64,000 nt of DNA, from positions 28,688 to 92,687 of the forward strand of contig JAJVIC010000003.1 in assembly GCA_022072225.1 (NCBI GenBank), in the 5' to 3' direction. Positions within the stretch are counted from its first letter, which is position 1, and the number at the start of each line of letters is the position of its first letter. Shown here piece after piece: positions 49,580 through 60,600 of this stretch. Position numbers and translations under genes: made by a program. Under the pieces are notes generated by a model, which saw only the letters and a program-made list of their open reading frames with translations, was not told the DNA's origin and searched no databases. The stretch comes from Bacteroidia bacterium (GTDB lineage: Bacteria > Bacteroidota > Bacteroidia > SXHM01).

Positions 49580-50243
49580 CGGATTGTATGTATGATATTA
49601 TATCATTCAACATTTGTGCTTCATCAATAGTGCCGACTATTTGTTTCATCTGCGCACCAAATTTATCATTAACATGGGAGCCGCGTATTCCTTTTTTAAA
49701 ATTAAGTATCTGGTGTTTGAGGTACCAGTCGTTTATACCTGTTAGTTTTGGTGAATTCAATTTTTTATTACCTGCTGCTTTGGTTCCATGGCATGAGCCG
49801 CAAGCCATATTATAATAATCTTCTCCCTTTACAATATCTCCTTTTATGGTTTGTTCATTTGCTGCAGCTGAACGGGTTTTAATATACGCCACTACATCGG
49901 CTATTGTTTGCTCATCAGTGAGTGTTTGTGCCATGGGGGCCATTTGTGCGCCATAAATATCATCGGCATGGGTTCCTCTTATACCTGCCTTAAAGTTTGC
50001 TAACTGCCGTTGAAGATACCATTCATCTTGTGCAGCAAGATTGGGTGCATTTAAGGTTTGTATTCCTTGTGCATTGTTTCCGTGGCAGGCAATGCAAGTG
50101 GCAAAGAGGGTTTCGCCTTTTATTACATCGCCTTTTATTAGTGTTGTAGTATTTTCAGTTGCTAGTGAATCTTCAGATTTTTTTTGTTCAGTGCAACCAC
50201 TGTAAATTGAAATAATGATGAACAGGTATAGTAAATTTTTCAC
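49563..50243 (-). CDS. diheme c4-type cytochrome lipoprotein
   Basis: Lipobox SGC, CIACH and CGSCH, P.LA.Q...YL..QL. Confidence 0.88.
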   Translation of the reverse strand: MKNLLYLFIIISIYSGCTEQKKSEDSLATENTTTLIKGDVIKGETLFATCIACHGNNAQGIQTLNAPNLAAQDEWYLQRQLANFKAGIRGTHADDIYGAQMAPMAQTLTDEQTIADVVAYIKTRSAAANEQTIKGDIVKGEDYYNMACGSCHGTKAAGNKKLNSPKLTGINDWYLKHQILNFKKGIRGSHVNDKFGAQMKQIVGTIDEAQMLNDIISYIQSVEQIQ

Positions 50244-50520
50244 AGTGTAAACTACCTTCTGAGGATAATGTGTACAATACTATTAAAAAAAATGCAGCGG
50301 CTAAAGTATTTGAATTACAGCAGGCTAGAGCGGGAAACAACAAATGTTACTCTACCCAGAAAAAACATTTATTTTCTATCCCCGCCCCATTTATTAACCA
50401 CAAAAAACCTGCTGGAGCTATTTTAACCTTGCCTTAGTTCCATAGTACTTTTCATCAGCAAGAGCAAGATTATACAATCAATTCCGAGGTCAAAGAAATG
50501 GCAATTATTTTTTAAGAACT

Positions 50521-50534
50521 ATGATTGTTATCAT
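50521..50534. promoter_or_regulatory. Crp/Fnr-type operator in the divergent cytochrome/nor promoter region
   Basis: ACT-ATGA-TTGTTA-TCAT-ACT; minus-strand TTTG ends at 50491, plus-strand TTTA ends at 50564. Confidence 0.75.
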
Positions 50535-50630
50535 ACTTAAGAAAATATTTAGAGCAGTTATTTACGCATTGTTTATTTTTTTGAAGGAAGAGGTAGCTTA
50601 GTAAGTTTTCTGTTGGGTAAAAAAAGTATA

Positions 50631-51065
50631 ATGAGTTTGTTGCACAAGCGCTTATTTTTCTGGAGTTTGTTTATTGCTTTCGGCATTTACACGGTTGTTG
50701 TGTTTACCGATGATGCTGGCGATGATATGGGTGCGGAATACTTTACCCAAGAAGCGGCAAACGGCAAATTGCTTTATCAGAAATATAATTGCACCGCCTG
50801 CCATCAGTTGTATGGGTTGGGCGGATATATGGGTCCTGATCTTACCAATGTTATGTCTGCAAATGGAAGAGGTGAGTTTATTGTTCGTGCTTTTTTAAAA
50901 TCGGGAACTCAAAAAATGCCCAACTTTAATTTAACTGACGATGAAATAAATGACTTAGTGGCTTATCTTTCTTATGTTGATAAATCGGGCATTTCGCCTG
51001 TTCGTGATTTCAGTATTAATGCAGACGGAACAGTGGAAGTATTCAGTAACGGAGCAAAAGAATGA
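50631..51065 (+). CDS. norC: NorC-like membrane-anchored cytochrome c
   Basis: N-terminal TM, CTACHQ..G.GG..GPDLT, MPNFNL. Confidence 0.8.
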   Translation: MSLLHKRLFFWSLFIAFGIYTVVVFTDDAGDDMGAEYFTQEAANGKLLYQKYNCTACHQLYGLGGYMGPDLTNVMSANGRGEFIVRAFLKSGTQKMPNFNLTDDEINDLVAYLSYVDKSGISPVRDFSINADGTVEVFSNGAKE

Positions 51066-52375
51066 ACAAACCAACAAGCATACTTTTTATTATTACCGGT
51101 TTACTGGCATTGTTGCTGGGTATTTTTTTCGGGGCTATCAGCGCCTTACAATTTATTTTGCCCGGTTTTTTTGAGGTGCTGCCGTTTTTTAAAAGTCGGC
51201 CGCTGCATGTGTCGCTGGTGGTAGCCTGGATATTTTCGGCTGCGGTGGGTGGTATTTATTATTATCTTCCAAATCACTGCAATCTTCCTTTGTATTCAAA
51301 ACAATTACCCCGAATACATTTTGCTCTTTTTATCCTAACCGGGCTGCTCATTATTATCAGTTATATGCTGGGTAAATTCGGGGGCAGGGAATATTGGGAG
51401 TTTCCGCCTGTGCTGGCTATACCTATTATTATGGGATGGGTATTGTTTGGCTTCAATTATTTTAAAACGGTAATGAAAAAAAAGGAACCCTGGCCAGTTT
51501 ATCTGTGGATGTGGGCAACGGGTGTTTTCTTTTTCCTGTTTACTTTTTCTGAATCGTATTTATGGTTGTTGCCTTATTTTCGCAACAATGTTATTAGGGA
51601 ATTAACCGTTCAGTGGAAATCATACGGTGCGTTAGTAGGTTCGTGGAACATGTTGGTTTACGGCACCGCCATTTTTGTAATGGAAAAACTGAGCAATGAT
51701 AAAACCGTTGCACTTTCGCGCCTTTCATTCTTAATGTATTTTCTGGGGCTTACTAATCTGATGTTTGGTTGGGCACATCATATTTACATTGTTCCTTCGG
51801 CACCGTGGATACGCCATTTTGCTTATTTCATCAGCATGACTGAGTTGCTGATACTGGGCAAACTAATCTGGAATTTCAGTCACACTATAAAACAGGCAAA
51901 AGATACTTACGGCAATATAGCATCGCGTTTTATGGCTGCTGCCGATGTATGGATTTTCATCAACCTTATTTTGGCTTTGCTTATTTCAATTCCGGCAATA
52001 AATATTTATACCCACGGCACACATATTACCGTTGCCCATGCCATGGGAAGCACCATTGGTATTAACACCATGATTTTACTCAGTTCATGTTTCTACATTA
52101 TTGAGCAAACAAACAAAGCTACCGGCAGTGGGCCAAACAATAAACTAATAGGTTGGGGTTTCTGGATAGTAAACAGTTGTTTGCTCGTATTCTTTATTAG
52201 CCTTGTAGCAGCAGGTATAATAAAAGGATATTACACGGTAGAAAATGAACTCAGTTTTCAGGAAATAATGCAAAAAACAGCTCCCGCTCTTACAGTATTT
52301 GTTGCAACCGGACTAGGAATTTTTGCCGGTATGCTGCTTATAGTTTTATCTGCCCTGCGCAAGTTATTCAGATAA
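51062..52375 (+). CDS. norB: NorB-like heme-copper oxidase superfamily subunit I with non-canonical active site
   Basis: RPLH, GREYWEFP, WAHH, YTHGTH; canonical VHLWVEG replaced by KSYGALVG and HGH by HAM. Confidence 0.75.
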   Translation: MNKPTSILFIITGLLALLLGIFFGAISALQFILPGFFEVLPFFKSRPLHVSLVVAWIFSAAVGGIYYYLPNHCNLPLYSKQLPRIHFALFILTGLLIIISYMLGKFGGREYWEFPPVLAIPIIMGWVLFGFNYFKTVMKKKEPWPVYLWMWATGVFFFLFTFSESYLWLLPYFRNNVIRELTVQWKSYGALVGSWNMLVYGTAIFVMEKLSNDKTVALSRLSFLMYFLGLTNLMFGWAHHIYIVPSAPWIRHFAYFISMTELLILGKLIWNFSHTIKQAKDTYGNIASRFMAAADVWIFINLILALLISIPAINIYTHGTHITVAHAMGSTIGINTMILLSSCFYIIEQTNKATGSGPNNKLIGWGFWIVNSCLLVFFISLVAAGIIKGYYTVENELSFQEIMQKTAPALTVFVATGLGIFAGMLLIVLSALRKLFR

Positions 52376-52590
52376 TTATTTTAAGTAATATTACAAAAAC
52401 ACTTAAGCTCACCCGAGCAGAATTCTAAAGGCAGAAACATTGCAAAATATCCAATAGCGAAACTGTTTTAAGTTTTAACTCTATAGAATACGCCTAAATT
52501 GACACTTTAGTTATCGCTGATATATAAGAAATTAGTCTACCCATATTTTAACAATCTTCAATAAACATTCTCAACTGAATATATTTTACT

Positions 52591-52613
52591 TATCTTTGTG
52601 AGCGAATACTCAC
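52591..52613 (+). promoter_or_regulatory. Bacteroidota -7 element with overlapping probable TetR operator
   Basis: TATCTTTG 52591-52598; GTGAG-CGAATA-CTCAC 52598-52613. Confidence 0.7.
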
Positions 52614-52635
52614 TTACTTTAAAAATATAAACAAC

Positions 52636-53049
52636 ATGAACGGTAAAAACAACATCGCCATAGGCTTCCTGACAATGGGATTCTTTATGGCTTACGGCTT
52701 TCTGTTAATTTACCTCCGTGACTTTGCACCCGATAAAGAAGCATGGGCTAATTCTTACAGTATTGGTAAACATTTTGAAAGCAGACTGGCTCACGTTCAC
52801 GGCAACCTGTTTGCGTTCTTAAATATTCTCATGGGTTACCTCTTAATCCATTTCAGAGATAAACTCAAAAATGTAAAAGCTATTTCTTGGTTAGCATTAA
52901 CAGGTTTGTTAATGCCAATAGGAATATTAACGGAGGTCTATTTTGGTTTGCCTCCTGCTCTGGTATTAGTTGGAGCAATTGCAATGACAGCTTCTGTGAT
53001 TTGGTTAGGATTTTCGTTTATTAATTTAAAACTCAACAATGAAAAATAA
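52636..53049 (+). CDS. hypothetical four-TM membrane protein
   Basis: RLAHVHGNL motif, hydrophobic. Confidence 0.75.
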   Translation: MNGKNNIAIGFLTMGFFMAYGFLLIYLRDFAPDKEAWANSYSIGKHFESRLAHVHGNLFAFLNILMGYLLIHFRDKLKNVKAISWLALTGLLMPIGILTEVYFGLPPALVLVGAIAMTASVIWLGFSFINLKLNNEK

Positions 53050-53632
53050 AGATTTTACCGAAAGGCAAATAGAAATAATGGAAGCAGCTACGCTTCGTAT
53101 TGATAAATTCGGAATACAGGAATTAACGATAAAAAATTTAGCTTCTGATCTGAATTTATCTGAGGCTGCATTGTATCGTCATTTTAAAAGTAAAAACGAA
53201 ATATTGCTCGGACTACTTACTTATTTTATTTTAGAAATGAACGAGCGAATTGCTGCAATAATAGCCGATAAAGAAAAGCAACCTTCAGAGCTTTTGAAAC
53301 AAATATTTGTGTCACAACTAAACACATTTGTTAAAAACCCTGCTATAGTTAGCGTGATTTTTTCCGAAGGAATATTTCAATTTAATAAAGAACTAAGCGA
53401 AAAGGTTACAGCAATGATGGCCTTGATGCAAAAGAATATCAATACGCTTATTATAAGAGGTCAAAAAGAAGGTGTTTATGAAAAGCTGCTAGGGGCTGAC
53501 ACTATTACAACAATTATTATGGGTAGTATGCGAATGGTGGTTTTAAAATGGAAACTCTCCGGCAACAAATCCAATTTAGTAAATGATGGAAAAAACGTAT
53601 TAAACGGACTTTTAAAAATGTTAGAGAAATGA
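53039..53632 (+). CDS. TetR/AcrR family regulator
   Basis: TIKNLASDLNLSEAALYRHFKSK. Confidence 0.93.
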   Translation: MKNKDFTERQIEIMEAATLRIDKFGIQELTIKNLASDLNLSEAALYRHFKSKNEILLGLLTYFILEMNERIAAIIADKEKQPSELLKQIFVSQLNTFVKNPAIVSVIFSEGIFQFNKELSEKVTAMMALMQKNINTLIIRGQKEGVYEKLLGADTITTIIMGSMRMVVLKWKLSGNKSNLVNDGKNVLNGLLKMLEK

Positions 53633-54018
53633 AAAAATACCTTCCCTACATAGCAGCATCTGTCCTGGCTGCTTTTGGTCTGCTCACCTTATTTCTCAGC
53701 TCCTCTGTAATTTTTGATTTATTTGGTATAAGAGCAAAAGAAGGTAATTATGTTTTGTTTATTGTTTGGTCAAATTTCATCAGCAGCATACTTTATCTCA
53801 TTGCATCTTATGGCTTTGTTGCATCTCAAAAATGGACTGCTAAATTGTTAGGTATTTCAGCAATAATTTTAATTACTGCTTTTGTTGGCTTAATAATCCA
53901 TATAACTACTGGCGGTATTTATGAAACCAAAACCATCGGTGCCATGATTTTTAGAATTTCTGTAACCCTTGTATTTACAATCATTGCTTATTTCACAATA
54001 ACAAAAGATAAATCATGA
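53629..54018 (+). CDS. hypothetical four-TM membrane protein
   Basis: Hydrophobic 129 aa, translationally coupled. Confidence 0.75.
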   Translation: MKKYLPYIAASVLAAFGLLTLFLSSSVIFDLFGIRAKEGNYVLFIVWSNFISSILYLIASYGFVASQKWTAKLLGISAIILITAFVGLIIHITTGGIYETKTIGAMIFRISVTLVFTIIAYFTITKDKS

Positions 54019-54059
54019 AATACGAAGTATTCACGAATACCAAAATAAACAAAACCTTT

Positions 54060-54491
54060 ATGAGTAAAAAGACAGTCATTATAGCTCCTCTTATCAGTTT
54101 GTTCCTTTTTAGTTGTAGCAACACAGCTTCTCAAAAAGAACATCAGCACAATACTGAAACCCAAGTCATCGAACTGAACAATGGCGAAAAATGGGAAGTA
54201 GATGATAATATGTTAGTCCATATCCGCAACATGGAAAATGATGTTCAGGAATTCGCAACTGCCGGACAGAAAAACTACACGGTATTGTCAGATAAACTTC
54301 AAAAAAATATTGACTTGCTTACTTCCGATTGCACTATGAAAGGCAAAGCACACGATGAGCTTCACAAGTGGTTATTACCCTACATTGATTTGGTAAAAGA
54401 ACTTTCAGAAACTGAAGACCAGACCGAAGCAGCAAAACAATTTCAAAATATTCAAACTTCCTTCATAACATTTAATCAATATTTCCAATAA
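54060..54491 (+). CDS. His-containing lipoprotein
   Basis: Lipobox FSC, LNNGEKW, CTMKGKAHDELHKWL. Confidence 0.75.
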   Translation: MSKKTVIIAPLISLFLFSCSNTASQKEHQHNTETQVIELNNGEKWEVDDNMLVHIRNMENDVQEFATAGQKNYTVLSDKLQKNIDLLTSDCTMKGKAHDELHKWLLPYIDLVKELSETEDQTEAAKQFQNIQTSFITFNQYFQ

Positions 54492-54505
54492 AATACTTAA
54501 TCAAT

Positions 54506-54895
54506 ATGAACTATTACAATTCAAAAAATATTACGGGTACAACAGTAGCGGCTATTCGATCAAAAGTTGAAGATGCATTAAAAGCTGAAGGATTTGGGGT
54601 GCTTACTGAAATTGATATACAAGCAACCATGAAGAAAAAATTAGATAAAGATTATTTACCCCATCTTATTTTAGGTGCATGCAATCCTGTTTTTGCTGAC
54701 AAAGTCCTTTCTGTTGACCAACATATCAGTTTGATGCTGCCTTGTAATGTAACTATCCGGCAGGTAGAAAATAACGAAGTTGAAGTAGCAATAATTAATC
54801 CCTTAGAAGCAATGAAGGTTATTGGCAATTCCATTATTGAAAATTATGCTAACGAAGTAAACGAAAAATTAAATCGTGTTTTAGCAAACATTTAA
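54506..54895 (+). CDS. DUF302 family protein
   Basis: EGFGVLTEID, ILGACNP, LMLPCNV. Confidence 0.9.
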   Translation: MNYYNSKNITGTTVAAIRSKVEDALKAEGFGVLTEIDIQATMKKKLDKDYLPHLILGACNPVFADKVLSVDQHISLMLPCNVTIRQVENNEVEVAIINPLEAMKVIGNSIIENYANEVNEKLNRVLANI

Positions 54896-54906
54896 TCAAT
54901 ACCTCC

Positions 54907-55194
54907 ATGAACATAAAAGAATTACACACACAAGAAAAACCGGTTTCAGCAATTTCTCTTTTCAAAAGTGAACTGGGCAATGCAACTGCAATAAAAATTT
55001 TACAAGGCGAAAAATTGAAAGAGCACATCACCAGAACCCCTGCACTTTTGATTTGTATGGAAGGAGAAGTGATTTTTGAAAATGAAAAGGGTAAAAAGGA
55101 AACACTAATGCCGGGTGATTATATAAACATTGAACCAATGGTAAAGCATTGGGTCGAAGGAACAGTTGAAAGTCAATTAATACTCATTAAGTAA
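54907..55194 (+). CDS. cupin domain protein
   Basis: LKEH, GEV, PGD.I.I.P.V.H. Confidence 0.8.
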   Translation: MNIKELHTQEKPVSAISLFKSELGNATAIKILQGEKLKEHITRTPALLICMEGEVIFENEKGKKETLMPGDYINIEPMVKHWVEGTVESQLILIK

Positions 55195-55209
55195 AAAAAA
55201 TTTTGACCA

Positions 55210-56544
55210 ATGAAGTTAGTAAACATTCACAAACACACGTTATTACTACTATTCCTTTTAATAGGAGTTTATACAGCTCAAGCCCAAGTCTGGACAATGC
55301 AACAGTGTATAGATACCGCACAGGTTCATAATAAAAACCTACAAATGAGTAGAAATAATAATGCCATTAGTGAACAAAAGGCGAAAGAAGTAAAAGCCAA
55401 TTTAATTCCGAAAGTAACAGCCAATGCAGATTACAAGTACTTCACCAATCTGCCATACCAATTAATGCCATTGTCAACCTTTAACCCAACAGCACCCGAA
55501 GGGCAGTTTAAAGAAGCACAGTTTGGTGTTCCGCACAACATCAACGCCAATTTACAGTTGTCAATGCCATTGTATAATCCGCAAGTTTACGGAGCAATTC
55601 AAACTACAAAGATAGCCTCGGAATTGACAGACTTGCAATATCAAAAAACAGAAGAGCAAATCTATTTTGAAATTTCCAATCTCTATTATAATGCACAGAT
55701 TTTACATCATCAGTTAGCCTTTATTAACAGCAACCTTATAAATGCTGAGCAACTGCTAAAAAATATGCAATTGCTCAACCAACAGCTGCTTGCAAAAGGA
55801 ACGGATGTTAGCAAAGTAAAATTGCAGGTTGCTCAATTAACCACACAAAAAGAAAGTATCAGCAGTAAATACAAGCAGGTTTTAAATGCCTTAAAATTCA
55901 CAATGGGTATTTCAATAGAGCAGAGCATTCAGATAGACCCAAACATTCAATATCAAAGCACAACTGAATATTCAAGGTCCTCAACATTAGATATCCATAT
56001 AATAAAAATCCAAAATCGCCTATTGTCAAGTGAACTAAGCACCTTAAACAAATCCAGGTTTTTGCCATCGCTTAATCTATTCGGAACTTATGGAACCACA
56101 GGTTTCGGATACGACAAACAGCCCAATGACTTTCTAAAATTCTACCCAATTGGTTTTGCAGGTATTCAACTCTCTTATCCCTTATTTAACGGAACAGTTA
56201 CTCAACGAAAAATCAATCAAAAAACATTGGAACTTCAAAACAACGAACTTCAGTTTGGATTACTTTCCGAACAAAATAATATGCAGATTGAAAATACTCG
56301 AATGCAACGAGAAGTCGCTAAAAAAACGGTAGAAACTACAATAGAGCAAATCCAATTAGCACAGACAATATACGAACAGAGCGTTCTTCAACGAAAACAA
56401 GGAACGGCAAGTTTAACAGATGTTTTACTCGCAGACAATGCTTTACGTGAAGCACAACAAACTTATCTCACTACAGTAATTGATTATCTGAAAGCAGATT
56501 TAGAACTAAAAAAACTAACTGGAAATATTTCAACTAAGAATTAA
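55210..56544 (+). CDS. TolC family outer-membrane efflux protein
   Basis: Signal peptide, LIPKV, PLYN, FLPSL, PLFNG, DVLLA. Confidence 0.9.
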   Translation: MKLVNIHKHTLLLLFLLIGVYTAQAQVWTMQQCIDTAQVHNKNLQMSRNNNAISEQKAKEVKANLIPKVTANADYKYFTNLPYQLMPLSTFNPTAPEGQFKEAQFGVPHNINANLQLSMPLYNPQVYGAIQTTKIASELTDLQYQKTEEQIYFEISNLYYNAQILHHQLAFINSNLINAEQLLKNMQLLNQQLLAKGTDVSKVKLQVAQLTTQKESISSKYKQVLNALKFTMGISIEQSIQIDPNIQYQSTTEYSRSSTLDIHIIKIQNRLLSSELSTLNKSRFLPSLNLFGTYGTTGFGYDKQPNDFLKFYPIGFAGIQLSYPLFNGTVTQRKINQKTLELQNNELQFGLLSEQNNMQIENTRMQREVAKKTVETTIEQIQLAQTIYEQSVLQRKQGTASLTDVLLADNALREAQQTYLTTVIDYLKADLELKKLTGNISTKN

Positions 56545-56549
56545 AGGCT

Positions 56550-57611
56550 ATGAAAATGAATTGGAAAAAAATAATCGGAATAATTGCAGGTATTGCAATC
56601 CTTGCTCTTGTGGTTTTTAAGCTAAAAACCAACAAAGAAATTACGCAGAGCAAAGTATATCAATACGATAAAGAACAAGCTATAAATGTTCAAGTAGATA
56701 CCCTTCGACTTGAAAATATGAATGCAGAATTTTCTTATTCAGGAACATTTGAACCCAATAAGGAAACCAAAATAAGTGCCGAATTACAAGGGAAAATCAA
56801 TGCCATTTTAGTTGATGCTGGAAGCGTGGTAAGTAAAGGTCAAACTTTAATTCAGCTGGACAATTCATTGCTGAAATTGCAACTACAAGCTATTGAAGTG
56901 CAAATAGAAGGATTGGAAGTAGATGTAACCCGCTATACCATTTTAGCTAAATCAGATGCCATTCAAGGAGTTCAATTAGAAAAGGCGGAGTTAGGATTAA
57001 AATCTGCAAAGGTTCAGAAAGCAACTTTGTTGGAGCAGATAAACAAAACCACTATTAAAGCACCTTTTAACGGTGTAGTTACGGCAAAACTAAGTGAAGA
57101 AGGAGCATTCGCTGCACCCGGAGTTCCATTGCTTCAAATAACAGACATTAAAAATTTAAAATTCACAGTAAATGTTCCCGAAAAAGATTTAAGCCAATTC
57201 AAAATCAATCAAAGCTATTCTCTTTCGGCAGATGCTTATGCTGAAATGCTATTGACTGGAAAAACTACTATGATTGGTAGTAAAGCTAATATGGGAAGTA
57301 GTTTTCCTGTTCAGTTTATGGTAAATAACACATCCGATTTGAAAATAAAATCAGGAATGTTTGGTAAAGTTTTACTCAAAAGCGAAACGTCTGGAAATGG
57401 AATTGTCATTCCGTCTTCTGCCATACAAGGCACTGAAAACCAACCGCAAGTTTACATAGTGAAAAATGGCAAAGCCCTTTTACAAAACATCACTATATCA
57501 AATAAGATACAGAACAAAGCAGTTGTTTCAAATGGATTAAATGAAGGTGATGTAATTGTAACCAATGGCTTCATCAATCTTTTTGATGGTGCAAATGTAA
57601 CTGTTAAATAA
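56550..57611 (+). CDS. RND efflux membrane fusion protein
   Basis: G..VSKGQ.L..LD, IKAPFNGVV, SGMF. Confidence 0.92.
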   Translation: MKMNWKKIIGIIAGIAILALVVFKLKTNKEITQSKVYQYDKEQAINVQVDTLRLENMNAEFSYSGTFEPNKETKISAELQGKINAILVDAGSVVSKGQTLIQLDNSLLKLQLQAIEVQIEGLEVDVTRYTILAKSDAIQGVQLEKAELGLKSAKVQKATLLEQINKTTIKAPFNGVVTAKLSEEGAFAAPGVPLLQITDIKNLKFTVNVPEKDLSQFKINQSYSLSADAYAEMLLTGKTTMIGSKANMGSSFPVQFMVNNTSDLKIKSGMFGKVLLKSETSGNGIVIPSSAIQGTENQPQVYIVKNGKALLQNITISNKIQNKAVVSNGLNEGDVIVTNGFINLFDGANVTVK

Positions 57612-57623
57612 AATCAGCGAAAA

Positions 57624-60600
57624 ATGAATATTACGGAAATTTCAATCAAACGCCCTTCGCTGATAATAGTGCTTTTTAGCGTATTTACTTTATTGGGATT
57701 TATCGGGTTTAAAAATTTGAGTTACGAATTAATGCCCGACTTTAACCAGCCTGTGGTTGTAATAAAAACAGTTTATCCGGGTGCCGAACCCAACGAAGTA
57801 GAAACATCAGTTTCACGAAAAATAGAAGATGCTTTGTCCAATTTGGAGGGTGTAGATTACTTGGTAACAAAGTCTTTACCTAATGCTTCTATCATCATAG
57901 CCAATCTAAAATACGGAACGGATTTAGATAAAACAATGCAAGATGCTCAACGCTATATTGACAATATACGAAAAGATTTACCGCAAGATATTTTAAGTCC
58001 TGTAATGAGTAAAGTTTCGCCAAATGATTTGCCGATAATGTCCATTAGTGCAACAAGTAATTTATCTCCCACCGAGTTTTATCAAAAAATGAAAGATGAT
58101 TATCTGCCACAAATTCAACAAATAAAAGGCGTTGCAGAGATTACCGTTTTAGGAGGAGAAGAAAGAGAAATACAAGTGAAAATAAATCAAGACAAACTGA
58201 AATTGTATAAAATTTCAATGGTTCAGGTTGTTGAAGCAATTAATCGTTCGGGCTTAGACTTACCTGCTGGAAAAGTGCAAACCGAAAAAGAAAGTAATTC
58301 AGTTCGTTTAACTGGAAAATTTACATCGTTAGAAGATATTAAAAAAGTTCAAGTGGCAATGCCTGTTATAGGTAGTCCAGTTTATGTAAAAGATATTGCG
58401 AATGTTATTGATGGTATAAAAGAGACAACCTCAATCAGTCGTTACAATGGGAAAAACGGTATTGGTTTAATGTTGAAGAAACAAGGGGATGCCAATGCCG
58501 TTGATGTTTCAAAATTAGTTCGTGCAAAATTCAAATCCATTGAACAACAAAATTCAAATGCAGGTGTAAGATTTATTATTGCAGATGATAGCACCGACAA
58601 TACAATTGCGGCAGTTAATTCTGTAGTTTTTGATTTGGTTTTAGCAGTGATTTTGGTTTCATTGGTAATGCTTTTGTTCCTGAGAAGTTTTAGAAACTCA
58701 TTAATTGTAATCGTAGCCATTCCAACTTCTTTAGTTACGGCATTTGCAGTAATGTGGCTTTTGGGTTACACACTTAATTTGATGACCTTGCTTGCTATGT
58801 CTTTAATCATAGGCATTTTGGTAGATGATGCTGTAGTGGTTTTAGAAAATATTCAAAAACATTTAGACAAAGGGAAAGACAAACGGATTGCCGCAATGGA
58901 TGGTCGTATGGAAATTGGTTTTGCTGCCTTGTCTATCACATTGGTGGATGTAGTTGTCTTTTTGCCAATTCTTTTTTTACAGGTGTTTGTTGCCGATATG
59001 CTCAAACAGTTTTCGGTAGTTGTCGTAACTTCTACTCTCACAAGTTTATTAGTCGGGTTTACACTTACTCCTTGGTTGGCTTCCCGTATTGGAAAGAAGG
59101 AAGATTTACAGCCAACTAATTTTTTCAATCGCTTCTTGCTTTGGTTTGAGCACCAATTAGAAAAATTCACCAATTGGTATGGCAGACAATTAGAATGGGT
59201 TTTGAGCCACAAACTAATTTTTACTGGAATTGTTTTGTTGCTTTTTGTAATGACTTTAGGCATTATGAAACAAGGAATTATTGGTAAAGAACTCATCTCA
59301 ACAGGCGACCAAGGGAAGTTCAAAATGGCTTTGGAGTTTGATAAATCCACTTCCATTCAGCAAAACAACTTGATTGCTCAAAAAATTGAAACCTACATTA
59401 TTCAACAACCCGAAGTAGCAACCGTATTCAGCAACATTGGCGGACCCAGCACAGGTATTGGAAGTTTGGGTGTTGGTTCTGCAAACAAAACAGAATTTAC
59501 CATTCAATTAAAATCTAAAAAGGAATTAAAAAATCTTCCTACCGAAGGCTTTATGAAAAAACTCCGAGAGGAATTAAAAACCAAATTTCCGAGTATAAAT
59601 TATTCAATGGCAGCATTGGGTTTAATACCTCGTTCAGCCCCCATTGAAATTACATTAAGCGGAAGCAACTTAAATCAAGTGATGAAAAGCGGAAACGAAT
59701 TAAAAGCGATTATTGAAAAAATGCCCGGTGCGGATAATGTTCGCTTATCGGTTGAAACAGGAAGCCCTGAATACAAAATAATTCCAGACAAAGATAAAAT
59801 GCAAAGGTTAGGCTTAACAACCGCTTATGTTGGATTGAACCTAAGAACAGCATTTACTGGCAATGATGATGCAACCCTAACCGAGAACGGAACAGAATAT
59901 CCTGTGCGAATTTGGTTAGATGAATTTAGCCGACAAAACTTTGAAGATGTTCAACAACTTTCCATCATCAACCCAATGGGAATACCAGTGGAAGTTTCAC
60001 AATTTACAAACATAGAGCAAGACAATTCTCCGTCATTGTTAGAAAGGAAAGACCGACAACCAGCAGTTACTTTAACAGCAGACGCATTAGGCAGACCATC
60101 AGGAACTGTGGCAGACGATGTAGTAGCTTATCTAAAAGAAAATCCATTACCAAACGGAATACAAATGACTTGGGGTAGCGACATCAAAAGACAGAATGAT
60201 AGTTTTGGAGCATTGGGTTCAGTATTGTTGATTTCGTTTTTACTGATATACCTGATTATGATAGCACTTTACGACAGTTTTATTTATCCATTTGTAGTAT
60301 TATTTTCTATTCCGGTAGCAGCAATTGGTGCATTTTTCGCATTGAATTTGTCGTTAAGCAATTTGAGTTTGTTCGCCTTACTCGGTTTAATTATGCTAAT
60401 GGGCTTAGTGGTAAAAAATGCTATTCTAATTGTAGATTTTACCAATCAATTAAAAGCTGAAGGCAAACATTTCAAAGAAGCATTAATCATTGCAGGAAAA
60501 GGTCGTATGCGACCAATTTTAATGACAACACTTTCGATGGTTGTGGGTATGCTTCCCATTGCAATGGCAACAGGAACCGCAGCAGAATGGAAAAACGGTT

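Noticed and set aside
51062-52375. cbb3 oxidase CcoN or NO dismutase call
   Set aside because: No helix VI His for CuB and no ccoOQP. Nod is a long qNOR-type single subunit, whereas this is short and paired with a NorC-like cytochrome
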